Assembly: GCA_016187725.1 (NCBI GenBank) | Contig: JACPJE010000266.1 | Span: 1 to 26,907 of the forward strand | DNA from: Candidatus Latescibacterota bacterium | GTDB lineage: Bacteria; Latescibacterota; UBA2968; UBA8231 | Direction of reading: 5' to 3' | DNA length: 26,907 nucleotides | Part shown: in pieces, positions 1-8,308 of the stretch | How positions within the stretch are numbered: position 1 is the first letter of the stretch | Layout: every line of letters starts with the position of its first letter | The notes under the pieces: model-generated | The model's database searches: none | Seen by the model: only the letters and a program-made list of their open reading frames with translations | Told to the model about the DNA's origin: nothing | Made by a program: the position numbers and the translations under genes

Positions 1-59
1 TTTCGATACATATCTCGCAAAACAGTGATTAGGTCATCAATTTGCAAGATATTTTGAAG

Positions 60-1766
60 TCATTGCCTGTCTGCGGGCTGCAGGACCACCTTGAGCCTGA
101 GCCGGTCCAGGCGCCGGCGCAGTTCGAGATAGGGCTCGGGGGAGAAGAAGCTGGGCCAGACTGCGCCGAGGTCGCGGCAGTATTCGCAGAGTTCCGGGCA
201 ATCCAGGTAGAGGGTGCGCTCCGCGGTCTGGTGCCCGGAGGCAGAGATGGACAGGGAGGCGGTGGCCGGCAGGATCAGGGCTATCTGGCCAGAGGCAGGG
301 ACACTTTCCTCGCCCACTGCGATCCATCCATCCAGGATGGACACCAGTGCTGCCAGGGGCCGGCCCACGGGATCGCAAACCGACAGCGAAAGTTGGGCCG
401 GGGTCGGGGCTGGACGCGCGAAGCCGGAGGGGAGAAAGTACACCGGGTTGGCCACGGCCCGCTCTTGCGCGTGAGGCCCCCAGGACTGCCCGCCAGGGTC
501 GCGGCAGGTGGAGAGAACCTGGGCGCAGTACCAGGCGAACTCGGTCTCGGCGATCTCGAACCCGATCTCCCAGTACCGCGTCTGCTCTGCGCGCAGATCC
601 CAGGCGCGCACCACCTCGCCGTTGCGCACCAGCTGAACAGCGGTCAGCGTTTCTCCGGGCAGCGGCGACGACCAGGCCTTGAGCGAGACCCGGCGCTGCC
701 TGCCGTCGGCGGGGAACTCCGCGCCGGGCAGGTGCCCCTCTACCTCGAATAATACAAAAGGCCCGGAGCTGGCCACTGCTCTTCCTGCCCGCAGCGCCGC
801 GACCAGCCCCTCCCAACTGAACGATCCCTCGATATGGACATAGGTCCGGTACCGGCCCAGGCCCGTGGCCGCGGCCAGGTGCCCGTCGGTGTTGGCGGTG
901 CCAGCCACCTTGTAGCCCAGGTTGAGCAGGGTGTACCAGAAGCGCAGGCTCTCCGCGAAAACCAGGGGCGAATCGTTGAGGACATCGACGGCGTCGTACG
1001 GAGCGCCGGCCACAAAGTCGAAGGGCAGTTCCGAGGGCCAGTTGGAGACGAAATTGCCTCGCACAAACCAGAAGCGGGTTGGGTGGGCGCAGCCCATGGC
1101 CCCGCCCTGCCGGCGCACCTCCTGGATGATGCGGAACATGGGGCCGGTGTGAAAAAACGCCTGCCCTGGGGCGTGGCCTTTCAGGCCCGCGGTCCAGCCG
1201 TGCCCAAAGCAGTGGAGGTTGCCCTCCCGCCCTCCGTGGTCCGGACCCATGTAGGTCTTGGCCTCGATATTCCAGCCCACGCGCACCCGCCCGGTGCTGG
1301 CAGTGCGGCACTGCTGCTCCAGTTCTTCGACCGGCAGCCAGGCAAAGGAGGGGTCCCAGCCGTGGGCCAACTGGATATAGTCCAGGCCTTCGGCCTCGGC
1401 CATGGGGCCGGCGTCGGCGATGGTCCGGGTTTCGTCCTGGGGGGCGTGGAGCACGTGCAGGTGGTTCTCGCCGCCGTGCCATCCCAGGGCGCGGGCGTCG
1501 AAGCGGCGCCGCAGGATCACCTCCCGCACCTCTTCCCACCGCCCCGACAGGTCCAGGTCCAGCGCCACCGCGTCGTAGTCGAAACCACGGCGCACCAGCA
1601 GGGAGAGCGCTGCCGCAGGTACCTCGAAGTCCACCTCGCCTGTCCCGCTCCAGACGCGGTACACGGGAAAGCCGGTTGCCTGCTCCCACCAGTCCACCCG
1701 GCAGGGCAGGGGCCGGCCCTCCTCATCGCGGATATCTAGCACTAGGCGCGCAGTGCGCGGTGCCAT
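60..1766 (-). CDS. PHP-like (CehA/McbA-type) metal-dependent hydrolase-like protein, 568 aa
   Basis: I placed the start at the internal ATG 1764-1766 (MAPRTARLVLDIRDEEG...), preceded by GGAGGAAGG about 18 nt upstream. The longer ORF-track start adds a low-complexity Arg-rich leader. His-rich motifs (GWHGGENHLHVLHAPQDE, HCFGHGWTAGLKGH, GCAHPTRFWF) suggest a PHP-type metal site. Stop is TGA at 60-62. Strong GC3 bias. Confidence 0.5.
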   Translation of the reverse strand: MAPRTARLVLDIRDEEGRPLPCRVDWWEQATGFPVYRVWSGTGEVDFEVPAAALSLLVRRGFDYDAVALDLDLSGRWEEVREVILRRRFDARALGWHGGENHLHVLHAPQDETRTIADAGPMAEAEGLDYIQLAHGWDPSFAWLPVEELEQQCRTASTGRVRVGWNIEAKTYMGPDHGGREGNLHCFGHGWTAGLKGHAPGQAFFHTGPMFRIIQEVRRQGGAMGCAHPTRFWFVRGNFVSNWPSELPFDFVAGAPYDAVDVLNDSPLVFAESLRFWYTLLNLGYKVAGTANTDGHLAAATGLGRYRTYVHIEGSFSWEGLVAALRAGRAVASSGPFVLFEVEGHLPGAEFPADGRQRRVSLKAWSSPLPGETLTAVQLVRNGEVVRAWDLRAEQTRYWEIGFEIAETEFAWYCAQVLSTCRDPGGQSWGPHAQERAVANPVYFLPSGFARPAPTPAQLSLSVCDPVGRPLAALVSILDGWIAVGEESVPASGQIALILPATASLSISASGHQTAERTLYLDCPELCEYCRDLGAVWPSFFSPEPYLELRRRLDRLRLKVVLQPADRQ

Positions 1767-1845
1767 CGCGGTCTCCCGGGGTTGCCTTCCTCCCCTGCAA
1801 CAGCCTAACCAATACCGCGGCGCGCGGCAATTACTGTGTTTCGGC

Positions 1846-2841
1846 ATGGCCGGCCCGCCACCTGTTTTCCCGGTGGACCGGGCGCCGCGCGACCTGTGGG
1901 CTCTGCCGGGCACGGTGATGGACCGGCAGGAGGAGATGCGGAGGCTGCAGGCGCGATTCCCCTCGGACTTCCAGGGACCCAATGCCCGGTACGGGGCGGG
2001 CCGGCGCTGCCGGGGCAGGGCCAACGACGTAGGTGCGTACACCGACGCCTGGAGCTGCACCTGGCACGTGGCCGAGCGCGGGGTGGTGGGCGAGGTGAAG
2101 GAGCCGCCCCTGGCCGACTGGGGGGGGTTGGCCTCTTACCGGCCGCCCTTTGAATTACTCGACGAGGCCGACTTCAGCCAGGTGGAGGCTTCCTGCGCGG
2201 CCACCGACAAGTTCGTGCGCGCCGGCACCGAGACCAGGCCATTCGAGCGGCTGCAGTTCCTGCGCGGCTCCGAGGCCCTCTTTGCCGACCTGGCGTACGG
2301 CACCCGCCAACTGCGCGAGTTGCTGGCCATGCTCCACGACTTCTACTGTCGGGAGCTGCGCCTGTGGGCTGCCACTGCGGTAGACGGGGTCTCCTTCATG
2401 GACGACTGGGGCACCCAGACCAGTCTGCTCATCGACCCAGAGACCTGGCGCGCCCTCTTCAAGCCCCTCTACCGGGAGTACTGCGAAATCCTGCACGCGG
2501 GGGGGAAGTACGTCTTCTTCCACTCCGACGGCCACATCGAGGCCATCTACCCGGACCTGGTGGAGATCGGGGTGGACGCGCTCAACTCGCAGCTCTTCTG
2601 CATGGACATCGAGAAACTGGGCGAAGAGTTCCGCGGCAAGGTGACCTTCTGGGGGGAGATCGACCGCCAGCAGCTGCTGCCCTTCGGCACCCCTGAGCAG
2701 GTGCGGGAGGGGGTGCGGCGGGTGCGGCGTGCCCTGGACCGGGGCCAGGGCGGGGTGATCGCCGAGTGCGAATGGGGCATCGGCGTGCCCTACGCCAACG
2801 TGGAGGCGGTCTTCGACGAGTGGGAGCAACCCCTCACATGA
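1846..2841 (+). CDS. uroporphyrinogen decarboxylase (URO-D)-like family protein (MtaA/CmuA-like methyltransferase fold), ~331 aa
   Basis: ATG at 1846 (MAGPPPVFPVDRAP...); the alternative ATG is 1918. Family-like motifs: YTDAWSCTWHV, GGKYVFFHSDGHIEAIYPDLVEIGVDALN, KVTFWGEIDRQ. Divergent from the 60..1766 gene. Stop TGA 2839-2841 lies inside the 35-bp repeat. Confidence 0.6.
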   Translation: MAGPPPVFPVDRAPRDLWALPGTVMDRQEEMRRLQARFPSDFQGPNARYGAGRRCRGRANDVGAYTDAWSCTWHVAERGVVGEVKEPPLADWGGLASYRPPFELLDEADFSQVEASCAATDKFVRAGTETRPFERLQFLRGSEALFADLAYGTRQLRELLAMLHDFYCRELRLWAATAVDGVSFMDDWGTQTSLLIDPETWRALFKPLYREYCEILHAGGKYVFFHSDGHIEAIYPDLVEIGVDALNSQLFCMDIEKLGEEFRGKVTFWGEIDRQQLLPFGTPEQVREGVRRVRRALDRGQGGVIAECEWGIGVPYANVEAVFDEWEQPLT

Positions 2842-2866
2842 ACCAGCGCTGTTCCTGGTGCACCGC
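2832..2866. repeat. 35-bp direct repeat, left copy (34/35 identical to 7384-7418)
   Basis: I aligned it base by base: CCTCACATGAACCAGCGCTG[T/C]TCCTGGTGCACCGC, with both copies in the same orientation. It contains the URO-D-like stop codon on the plus strand and encodes ...AVHQEQRWFM* on the minus strand. Confidence 0.85.
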
Positions 2867-2927
2867 GTCCCCGAAGCGGCGCAAGAATTCCATATCGGCC
2901 TTTCGCAGCTCGTGCTGCTTCCGCGAA

Positions 2928-4322
2928 TCATGCAGCTCCCGCAGGCGGTGCAGATTGCGCCGGCGGCTGTTCGACCGGTTTGCCGAGGACCTCCGGCAAC
3001 TTCATCCCCGCCAGGTCGAAGAGGTTTTGCAGCGGCGGCACCGAGCCGACGAGGCTGGAGAGGAAGTTGGCGGTCGAGGACTGGCCATTGCCGGTCTGGC
3101 TGTCCCAGACCATCACCTTGTCGATCTTGAGGTTTTTGATCGCCTCGACCTGGGTGGCGACCAGTTCGGGCAGCTTTTCGACGATCATCAGGGTGGCTGC
3201 CTTGGCCGCATCCCCGCCAGCGGCCTCGACAAGTCGCTGGAATCCCTGGGCCTGCTTGGTGAGGATCTCGTTGATGCCCCGGGCCTGTGCTTCCATGGTG
3301 GCAAAGGTCGCGTCGGCCTGGCCGATGGCCTCGCGGCGGGCCTTTTCGGCTTGTGCGTCGGCCTCGATCTCGATCCTGCGTTTCTGGATTTCGGTCATGA
3401 CCACGATATCGGCGGTCTGGGTAGCGCGCTCGCGTTCGGCGCGGGCCACTTCTGCTGCCTGCTCCGATGCGTAGGCCTCCTGCAGCGCCTTGGCGGACTG
3501 CACCTTCTCGGCCGCCGAGGCCGCGCGCTCGGCCTCGGCCTTCTTCTGGCGCATCTCCGAAGTGGAGTTGGCGATCGTCACCTGCGCCTTGTTCTCGCCC
3601 TCCACGGCCGTGGCGTTGGCCTGCGCGACCTGGATGCGCTGCTGCTGTTTGGCGTTGGCCTCGCCCACCGCACCGTCGCGCTCCTTTTCGGCGACCTGGA
3701 TCCTCGCCTTGTTCACGGCCTCAGCGGCAGCCCGCTTGCCTAGCGCATCGAGGTACCCTGACTCATCCTTGATATCCGTGATATTCACGTTCAGCAGGCG
3801 CAGGCCGATCTTCTCGAGTTCGATCTCCACGTTCTGGGAGATGTTGGCCAGGAATTTGTCGCGGTCGGCGTTGATCTCCTCGATGTCCATGGTCACCACG
3901 ACCTGGCGCAACTGGCCTAGGATGATCTCCTTGGCGATCTCCTCGATTTCCGTGGCGCTGAGACCAAGCAGCCGCTCGGCAGCGGCCATGACCTTCACCG
4001 GGTCGGTCGAAATGCCGATCGTGAAGATGGAGGGGACCGAGACGCGGATATTCTGCCGGCTCAGGGCGTTCTCCAGCGGGATGTTGATCTGGATGGGCCG
4101 CAGGGAAAGAAACCGGTAATCCTGGATGATCGGCCAGATGAACGCGGCGCCGCCGTGGATGCAGCGGCTGGATTTGCCCTGGCCGACGTTGCCGTAGATC
4201 ACCAGGACCTGGTCGGAGGCGCACCTGCGGTAGCGGGAGACAATGACGAGGAAGCTGATGAAGAGCACGAGCACCGCGACGATGACCGGCATCATCACGG
4301 GGAAATCCTTGGCGAATTCCAT
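2928..4322 (-). CDS. flotillin-family (SPFH/band-7) membrane protein, 464 aa
   Basis: I placed the start at ATG 4320-4322 (MEFAKDFPVMMPVIVAVLVLFISFLVIV = N-terminal TM), with AGGAG 7 nt upstream. The SPFH core (IYGNVGQG...IQDYRFLSL) is followed by a long Ala/Glu/Gln-rich coiled-coil typical of flotillins (FloT/YqiK type). The 126 upstream codons in the ORF track are low-complexity. Confidence 0.8.
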   Translation of the reverse strand: MEFAKDFPVMMPVIVAVLVLFISFLVIVSRYRRCASDQVLVIYGNVGQGKSSRCIHGGAAFIWPIIQDYRFLSLRPIQINIPLENALSRQNIRVSVPSIFTIGISTDPVKVMAAAERLLGLSATEIEEIAKEIILGQLRQVVVTMDIEEINADRDKFLANISQNVEIELEKIGLRLLNVNITDIKDESGYLDALGKRAAAEAVNKARIQVAEKERDGAVGEANAKQQQRIQVAQANATAVEGENKAQVTIANSTSEMRQKKAEAERAASAAEKVQSAKALQEAYASEQAAEVARAERERATQTADIVVMTEIQKRRIEIEADAQAEKARREAIGQADATFATMEAQARGINEILTKQAQGFQRLVEAAGGDAAKAATLMIVEKLPELVATQVEAIKNLKIDKVMVWDSQTGNGQSSTANFLSSLVGSVPPLQNLFDLAGMKLPEVLGKPVEQPPAQSAPPAGAA

Positions 4323-4348
4323 ATTGGCGCTCCTTTCAGATGGGATAA

Positions 4349-4951
4349 TTACCTGCTGACCACCACCGATCCATCCGCTGCCAGTTCCGTCACCTTGACC
4401 AGGGTGCCGGTGGGAAGCTCCGGGCCTTCGGTCGCTGCCGGCAGCTCCCGCTGGACGCCTTGAACCGTCAGGATCACCTTGCCCAAACCACTCCGGCGCG
4501 CCGGGATCTTGAGGTAGACCTTCGCCTCCATGCCGACCAGGCTCTGGTCGACTGCCGCGGCCCCGCCCGAGGCCAGTTTTGAAACGCCGTAGAGCATGAA
4601 GGCCACCAGGAACATCAGCGCCGTGCCGGCGACCAGGGAGACCAGCGCGGTGACCAGGATGCCCGTTTGAAACTGGTGGATCATGGCGATGCCGGTCCAC
4701 CCGAACATCATCAGGAAATTGATCAGGTTGCGGATGGTGAACACCGGGAAGTAGGCGTGCTCGCCGGCAACCCCGTCGTGGTGCTGGGCCTCATCGACGC
4801 CTGTGTGGTCGAAGGTCAGGCCCACCAGGGTCAGGATGGTTTGGGCGGCAAACACCAGGGTGGCGGGAACGGCTAGGTACCAGAGCAACTGCTCGAAACC
4901 TGACACGGGCGCCGTCCTTTCGCTTGTGAATCGCGCTGGGAAATGCTCCAT
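4349..4951 (-). CDS. NfeD-like membrane protein (YuaF/YqiJ type, flotillin-associated), ~200 aa
   Basis: Three hydrophobic helices (LLWYLAVPATLVFAAQTILTLVGL, NLINFLMMFGWTGIAMI, GILVTALVSLVAGTALMFLVAF) plus a C-terminal OB-like beta region (KVYLKIPARRSGLGKVILTV...TLVKVTEL). It sits immediately upstream of flotillin in the NfeD-flotillin order. ATG start at 4949-4951; an alternative GTG start at 4993. Confidence 0.6.
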   Translation of the reverse strand: MEHFPARFTSERTAPVSGFEQLLWYLAVPATLVFAAQTILTLVGLTFDHTGVDEAQHHDGVAGEHAYFPVFTIRNLINFLMMFGWTGIAMIHQFQTGILVTALVSLVAGTALMFLVAFMLYGVSKLASGGAAAVDQSLVGMEAKVYLKIPARRSGLGKVILTVQGVQRELPAATEGPELPTGTLVKVTELAADGSVVVSR

Positions 4952-5017
4952 TTGCCGCCAAATATCGTCACCCCCCTCCCCAACTTCAAGCACACCCTGG
5001 GCTCTGCCTCCCCTAGC

Positions 5018-7297
5018 TCAGGGCGCGCTGCGGACGCAGCGGAAACCCACGGTATAGTCAAAGCGCTGTTCGGGGTCGTAGGCCAGACGGTTCGAAACCG
5101 TGTGGATATGGGGATTCTGATCGGCCAGGGAACCGCCGCGCAGGATCTTCAGCCTTTCGCTGCCCGGATCGGCGTTGAAGGGATCCACCAGCGGGGCGCG
5201 GCTATAGTAGTCGCGGGCGTACCAGTCGGCGACCCACTCCCACACATTGCCGGCCAGGTCCATGACCCCGTACGGGCTGGCCCCCTCGGGTTTGGCGCCC
5301 ACCGGCCAGGTGCTGTCCTGGCCGCAGCCGTCCCCCCCATCGTCTATCACGGCCTGGGCGCAACTGGCTTCCTCGTCTCCCCAGGGGTAGCGGCGGCCGT
5401 CTCCACCGGCGGCTTTCTCCCACTCCGCCTCGGTGGGCAGACGCTTGCCTGCCCAGCGGCAGTACTGGTCGGCCTGGGCCCAGCTCAGGGCATTTACCGG
5501 ATGGTCCTCCCGGCCCGGCTGATTCCAGTTGGTGAAGCGGCCTTCAAACTCAAGGCGGTAGGTCTTGGACCCAGAGTGGGGCGGGGTGCATCCACCTCCT
5601 TCTACGCAGGCGCGGTACTGGGCCACGGTCACCTCGACCCGATCCAGGTAGTAAGCGCTCAACTCCGCGGTGTGCGCTGGCCCTTCGTCTCCTTGGCCCT
5701 GGTCGAAACCCATGGAAAAGGGGCCCGCTGGGATGAACACCATCTGGGTGTCCGCAGGTGCCGGGTGGGGCAGGGTATCCCCCTCTGCCTTCATGACCAG
5801 GGCATTGCGCTCCTGCCAGTCCGCCAGGCCAAGGGCCTGGAGTTCGGCTGGCGAGGGCGGCTCAAAGGGCGCCTCCGCGGAAGCGGGCAGGGCATCGCGG
5901 GCGCAGCGGATGCCGATATAGGGGGACCAGCGCAGGGGTCTGAAGCGGTAGCGGTTGGCGGCGCGCAGATCGGGGTTGGGGTCCACGTAATGCCAGGAGT
6001 TGCCCCGCAGGGATTTGTGGAGGGCCGCCTCGGTATTGACCGGGTTGCGCTGCGGACTGCGCGCGTAGTAATCGCGCCCGTACCAATCCGCGGTCCATTC
6101 CCAGACGTTGCCGGCCAGGTCGCGGATGCCGTAGGGGCTGGTGTCGGCTGCACGCGTGGCCACCGGGCCTGGACCGTCGTACCCGCATCCCAGTCCCAGA
6201 CCAGCCTGCATCATCACGGCCCGCTGGCAATTACCGGCCCCGCCCGGGACTTCATCCCCCCAGGGGTAGACCCGGCCCAAGGCCCCGCGGGCGGCCTTTT
6301 CCCATTCGGCCTCGCTGGGCAGGCGCATGCCCGCCCAGCGGCAATAACGCCGCGCGTCGTACCAACTCACGCAGTTGACCGGGTAATTGTCCCCCAGGGC
6401 GGCGCCCCAGGTGCAGGCTTCCCCCTGGGCTGGCTCCGGGCAGGCGCCCTCCTCCGCGCAGGCGCGGTACTGGGCCACGGTCACTTCGCGAGTCTCCAGG
6501 TAATAGGGATCTAGATAGACCTGGTGTTCGGGCTCTTCGTCCTGATATTGAGGGCTGCCCATCGAGAACCAGCCACTGGGAATACCCGCCATCGAGGTCC
6601 ACTGGCCGCTGGGCAGTCTCTGGGTGGTTTGGTCCGGATCGACCAGCAGGATGGGATCGGCATCAGGATCTTGGGGCGCGAAATGGGAGAGGTCGAGGGG
6701 GCGGATGGCAGGGCCGCGCACCTGTACCGTATAGAGGGAAACCTGCTCTGGCCCGGCGCTCTTGTCCGCCGGCAACCCCACGGCTCCGTCCGCCAGGGTC
6801 AACTTGCCGCGGGAGGTGTACTCCCCGGCAGTGAGCAGGAAGAGGTACACCCCGGCAGCCACACCCCGGCGCTGGTCATCGCGGGCATCCCAGCGCAGGA
6901 GGTGTTCCCCGGCGGGCATCTCCCGGTCCACCAGCCGGCGGAGGGGCTGGCCCAGCGCGGTGAAGATCTCCAGGCGGACCCAGGCCGGGGCCGCCATATC
7001 CAGGGGCAAAACGACCACCGGGTTGAAGGGATTGGGGTACGCAGGGCCCAAGTGGGTACGGGCTGGGAGTGGGGGAGGGGCCGTCACGGCAGTGGCTGGT
7101 TCCGGTAGTTCCAGAACATAGGTGCCATCCTCGGCAGTCCGGGTTTCGTAGACCGCGCCATTCTCCTCGCTCAGGTAGTGCACCTGGGCAAAGGGAACCG
7201 GCTGGCCGTCCAGGCGCAACCTCACCTGGCCGCGGACTTGGGCGCCCCAGGCACTGCGGATCAAAAAACACGAAACGAGGAGGAGGTAGCCCCACAT
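5018..7297 (-). CDS. exported multi-domain protein: signal peptide, CarboxypepD_reg-like domain, internal FlgD-Ig/T9SS-type-A-CTD-like domain, and two tandem FGE-sulfatase (SUMF1)-like domains, 759 aa
   Basis: ATG 7295-7297 gives the signal peptide MWGYLLLVSCFLIRSAWG/AQ. The AQVRGQVRLRLDGQPVPFAQVHY region is carboxypeptidase-regulatory-like. AYPNPFNPVVVLPL...VRLEIFTALGQPLRRL...GEHLLRWDARDDQRRGVAAGVYLFLLTAG matches the Por/T9SS C-terminal-domain / FlgD Ig-like pattern, but sits at residues about 100-185. Two SUMF1-like units follow (REVTVAQYRAC...WEWTADWY...RGNSWHY...IGIRCARD and RVEVTVAQYRAC...WEWVADWY...RGGSLAD...GFRCVRSA). Both lack the catalytic Cys pair of true FGE. Confidence 0.7.
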   Translation of the reverse strand: MWGYLLLVSCFLIRSAWGAQVRGQVRLRLDGQPVPFAQVHYLSEENGAVYETRTAEDGTYVLELPEPATAVTAPPPLPARTHLGPAYPNPFNPVVVLPLDMAAPAWVRLEIFTALGQPLRRLVDREMPAGEHLLRWDARDDQRRGVAAGVYLFLLTAGEYTSRGKLTLADGAVGLPADKSAGPEQVSLYTVQVRGPAIRPLDLSHFAPQDPDADPILLVDPDQTTQRLPSGQWTSMAGIPSGWFSMGSPQYQDEEPEHQVYLDPYYLETREVTVAQYRACAEEGACPEPAQGEACTWGAALGDNYPVNCVSWYDARRYCRWAGMRLPSEAEWEKAARGALGRVYPWGDEVPGGAGNCQRAVMMQAGLGLGCGYDGPGPVATRAADTSPYGIRDLAGNVWEWTADWYGRDYYARSPQRNPVNTEAALHKSLRGNSWHYVDPNPDLRAANRYRFRPLRWSPYIGIRCARDALPASAEAPFEPPSPAELQALGLADWQERNALVMKAEGDTLPHPAPADTQMVFIPAGPFSMGFDQGQGDEGPAHTAELSAYYLDRVEVTVAQYRACVEGGGCTPPHSGSKTYRLEFEGRFTNWNQPGREDHPVNALSWAQADQYCRWAGKRLPTEAEWEKAAGGDGRRYPWGDEEASCAQAVIDDGGDGCGQDSTWPVGAKPEGASPYGVMDLAGNVWEWVADWYARDYYSRAPLVDPFNADPGSERLKILRGGSLADQNPHIHTVSNRLAYDPEQRFDYTVGFRCVRSAP

Positions 7298-7383
7298 AAT
7301 CCTTCGGCTTGCGGCGCTGAGATCCGTTGGGGCCCCCAATATAGGCCAATTCAGGCCAGGCAGGTATGGCCGCGCGAAGGGCT

Positions 7384-7418
7384 CCTCACATGAACCAGCG
7401 CTGCTCCTGGTGCACCGC
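7384..7418. repeat. 35-bp direct repeat, right copy
   Basis: 34/35 identical to 2832-2866, same orientation, 4552 bp away. It encodes the last 10 codons plus the stop of the APH-like gene on the minus strand. Confidence 0.85.
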
Positions 7419-8114
7419 CCAGTCCAGGTCGAAGATACCCACCACCTCTCCCTGCCCGGAGAAGAGCAGGTTGGCCGGGGTGTAGTCCCCGTGGATCACC
7501 CACCCCCCCAGGGGAGCATAGCCGGCCCCCGCGTAGTGGCGCTCCTGTGCGTCCACCCGGGTGAGAAAGCGGTCCACCAGGGCCTCTCCCTCAAGATTGG
7601 TCGCCAGGCTCCTGACCGCTATCAGATTCTCGCGCTGCAACTGGGGATCGTCCAGGCGCCCGCTCACCGCGGAGGAGAAACCCAGGGTGGTGTATTGCGC
7701 GATGGGCTCGGTCGGCCCGGCGGGCCGGTACTGCGCTGCGGCCTGGTGGAAGTGGGCCAGGGCCTGGGCGGCGCTGACCAGTTCGCCGCGCTGCTGCGGG
7801 TCGAAGGGCCGGCCAATGACAAAGGGGTAGAGTTCGTACACCCCCTCGGGCCGGCGCAACCAGACCTGACCGGCGGTGGTTTTCAGGGCAGCCACCGTGG
7901 GGATGCCCCGGGCGACCAGGTGGGCGCGCAGTCCGTGGTCAAAGGCCAGGCGCGCCTCGCCCGAGGTGCGGGCGCCCCGGCGGCGCAGGAAGTACTCGCC
8001 CCGGCTGGTGGTGACCTTCCAGGTGCGGCCCGCGGTGCCACCGGCCGGCACCAACTGCAATATCTGGCCCACTTCGTAGGCGGCCAGCACCTGGCTGGTC
8101 TGGGGGTCTGTCAT
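7386..8114 (-). CDS. aminoglycoside/homoserine-kinase-II-type phosphotransferase (APH/ChoK family), 3'-truncated; possible pseudogene
   Basis: ATG 8112-8114. It has a kinase-like N-lobe, the Brenner motif VIHGDYTPANLLF and the DFG-equivalent IFDLDWA. The ORF stops 12 residues later (AVHQEQRWFM*) inside the 35-bp repeat, so about 90-100 residues of the C-lobe are missing. Confidence 0.6.
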   Translation of the reverse strand: MTDPQTSQVLAAYEVGQILQLVPAGGTAGRTWKVTTSRGEYFLRRRGARTSGEARLAFDHGLRAHLVARGIPTVAALKTTAGQVWLRRPEGVYELYPFVIGRPFDPQQRGELVSAAQALAHFHQAAAQYRPAGPTEPIAQYTTLGFSSAVSGRLDDPQLQRENLIAVRSLATNLEGEALVDRFLTRVDAQERHYAGAGYAPLGGWVIHGDYTPANLLFSGQGEVVGIFDLDWAVHQEQRWFM

Positions 8115-8308
8115 CCTCTCACCTCTATGGTGGTTCTGGGTTGTCGTCGTGGAGTGGCCCCTCCAACCTTTCCCCAGGCGCGTCCTTCACCCTCGCGCGC
8201 TCTGGCTCCGCTACTCCGCCCCCCGCCCCGCGGACTTCCCTGCCCGGCCTCTCCCCGGGAAAGGTGTTCCAGGGCCACTCCCCGCCGCCTGCAAGAAGCG
8301 ACGAGGTT

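Noticed and set aside
1-59. AT-rich 59 bp at the left contig edge
   Set aside because: Downstream of the 60..1766 gene stop. There is no hairpin, tRNA or repeat signal. It is too short and too close to the edge to interpret.
37-2060. Long ORFs 37..1689(-), 42..752(+) and 834..1739(+), plus the 98-codon 5' extension of 60..2060(-)
   Set aside because: Arg/Pro/Gly-rich low-complexity translations on the strand or frame opposite to, or overlapping, a GC3-biased gene with recognisable motifs. This is the typical antisense-ORF artifact of about 70% GC DNA.
2155-3743. ORFs 2155..2931(-) and 2766..3743(+)
   Set aside because: They are antisense to the URO-D-like and flotillin genes respectively. 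Both have low-complexity composition and no family signal.
4943-6514. 523-aa ORF on the plus strand, antisense to the SUMF1-domain gene
   Set aside because: Gly/Ala/Pro/Arg-rich and opposite a gene with strong FGE-sulfatase motifs.
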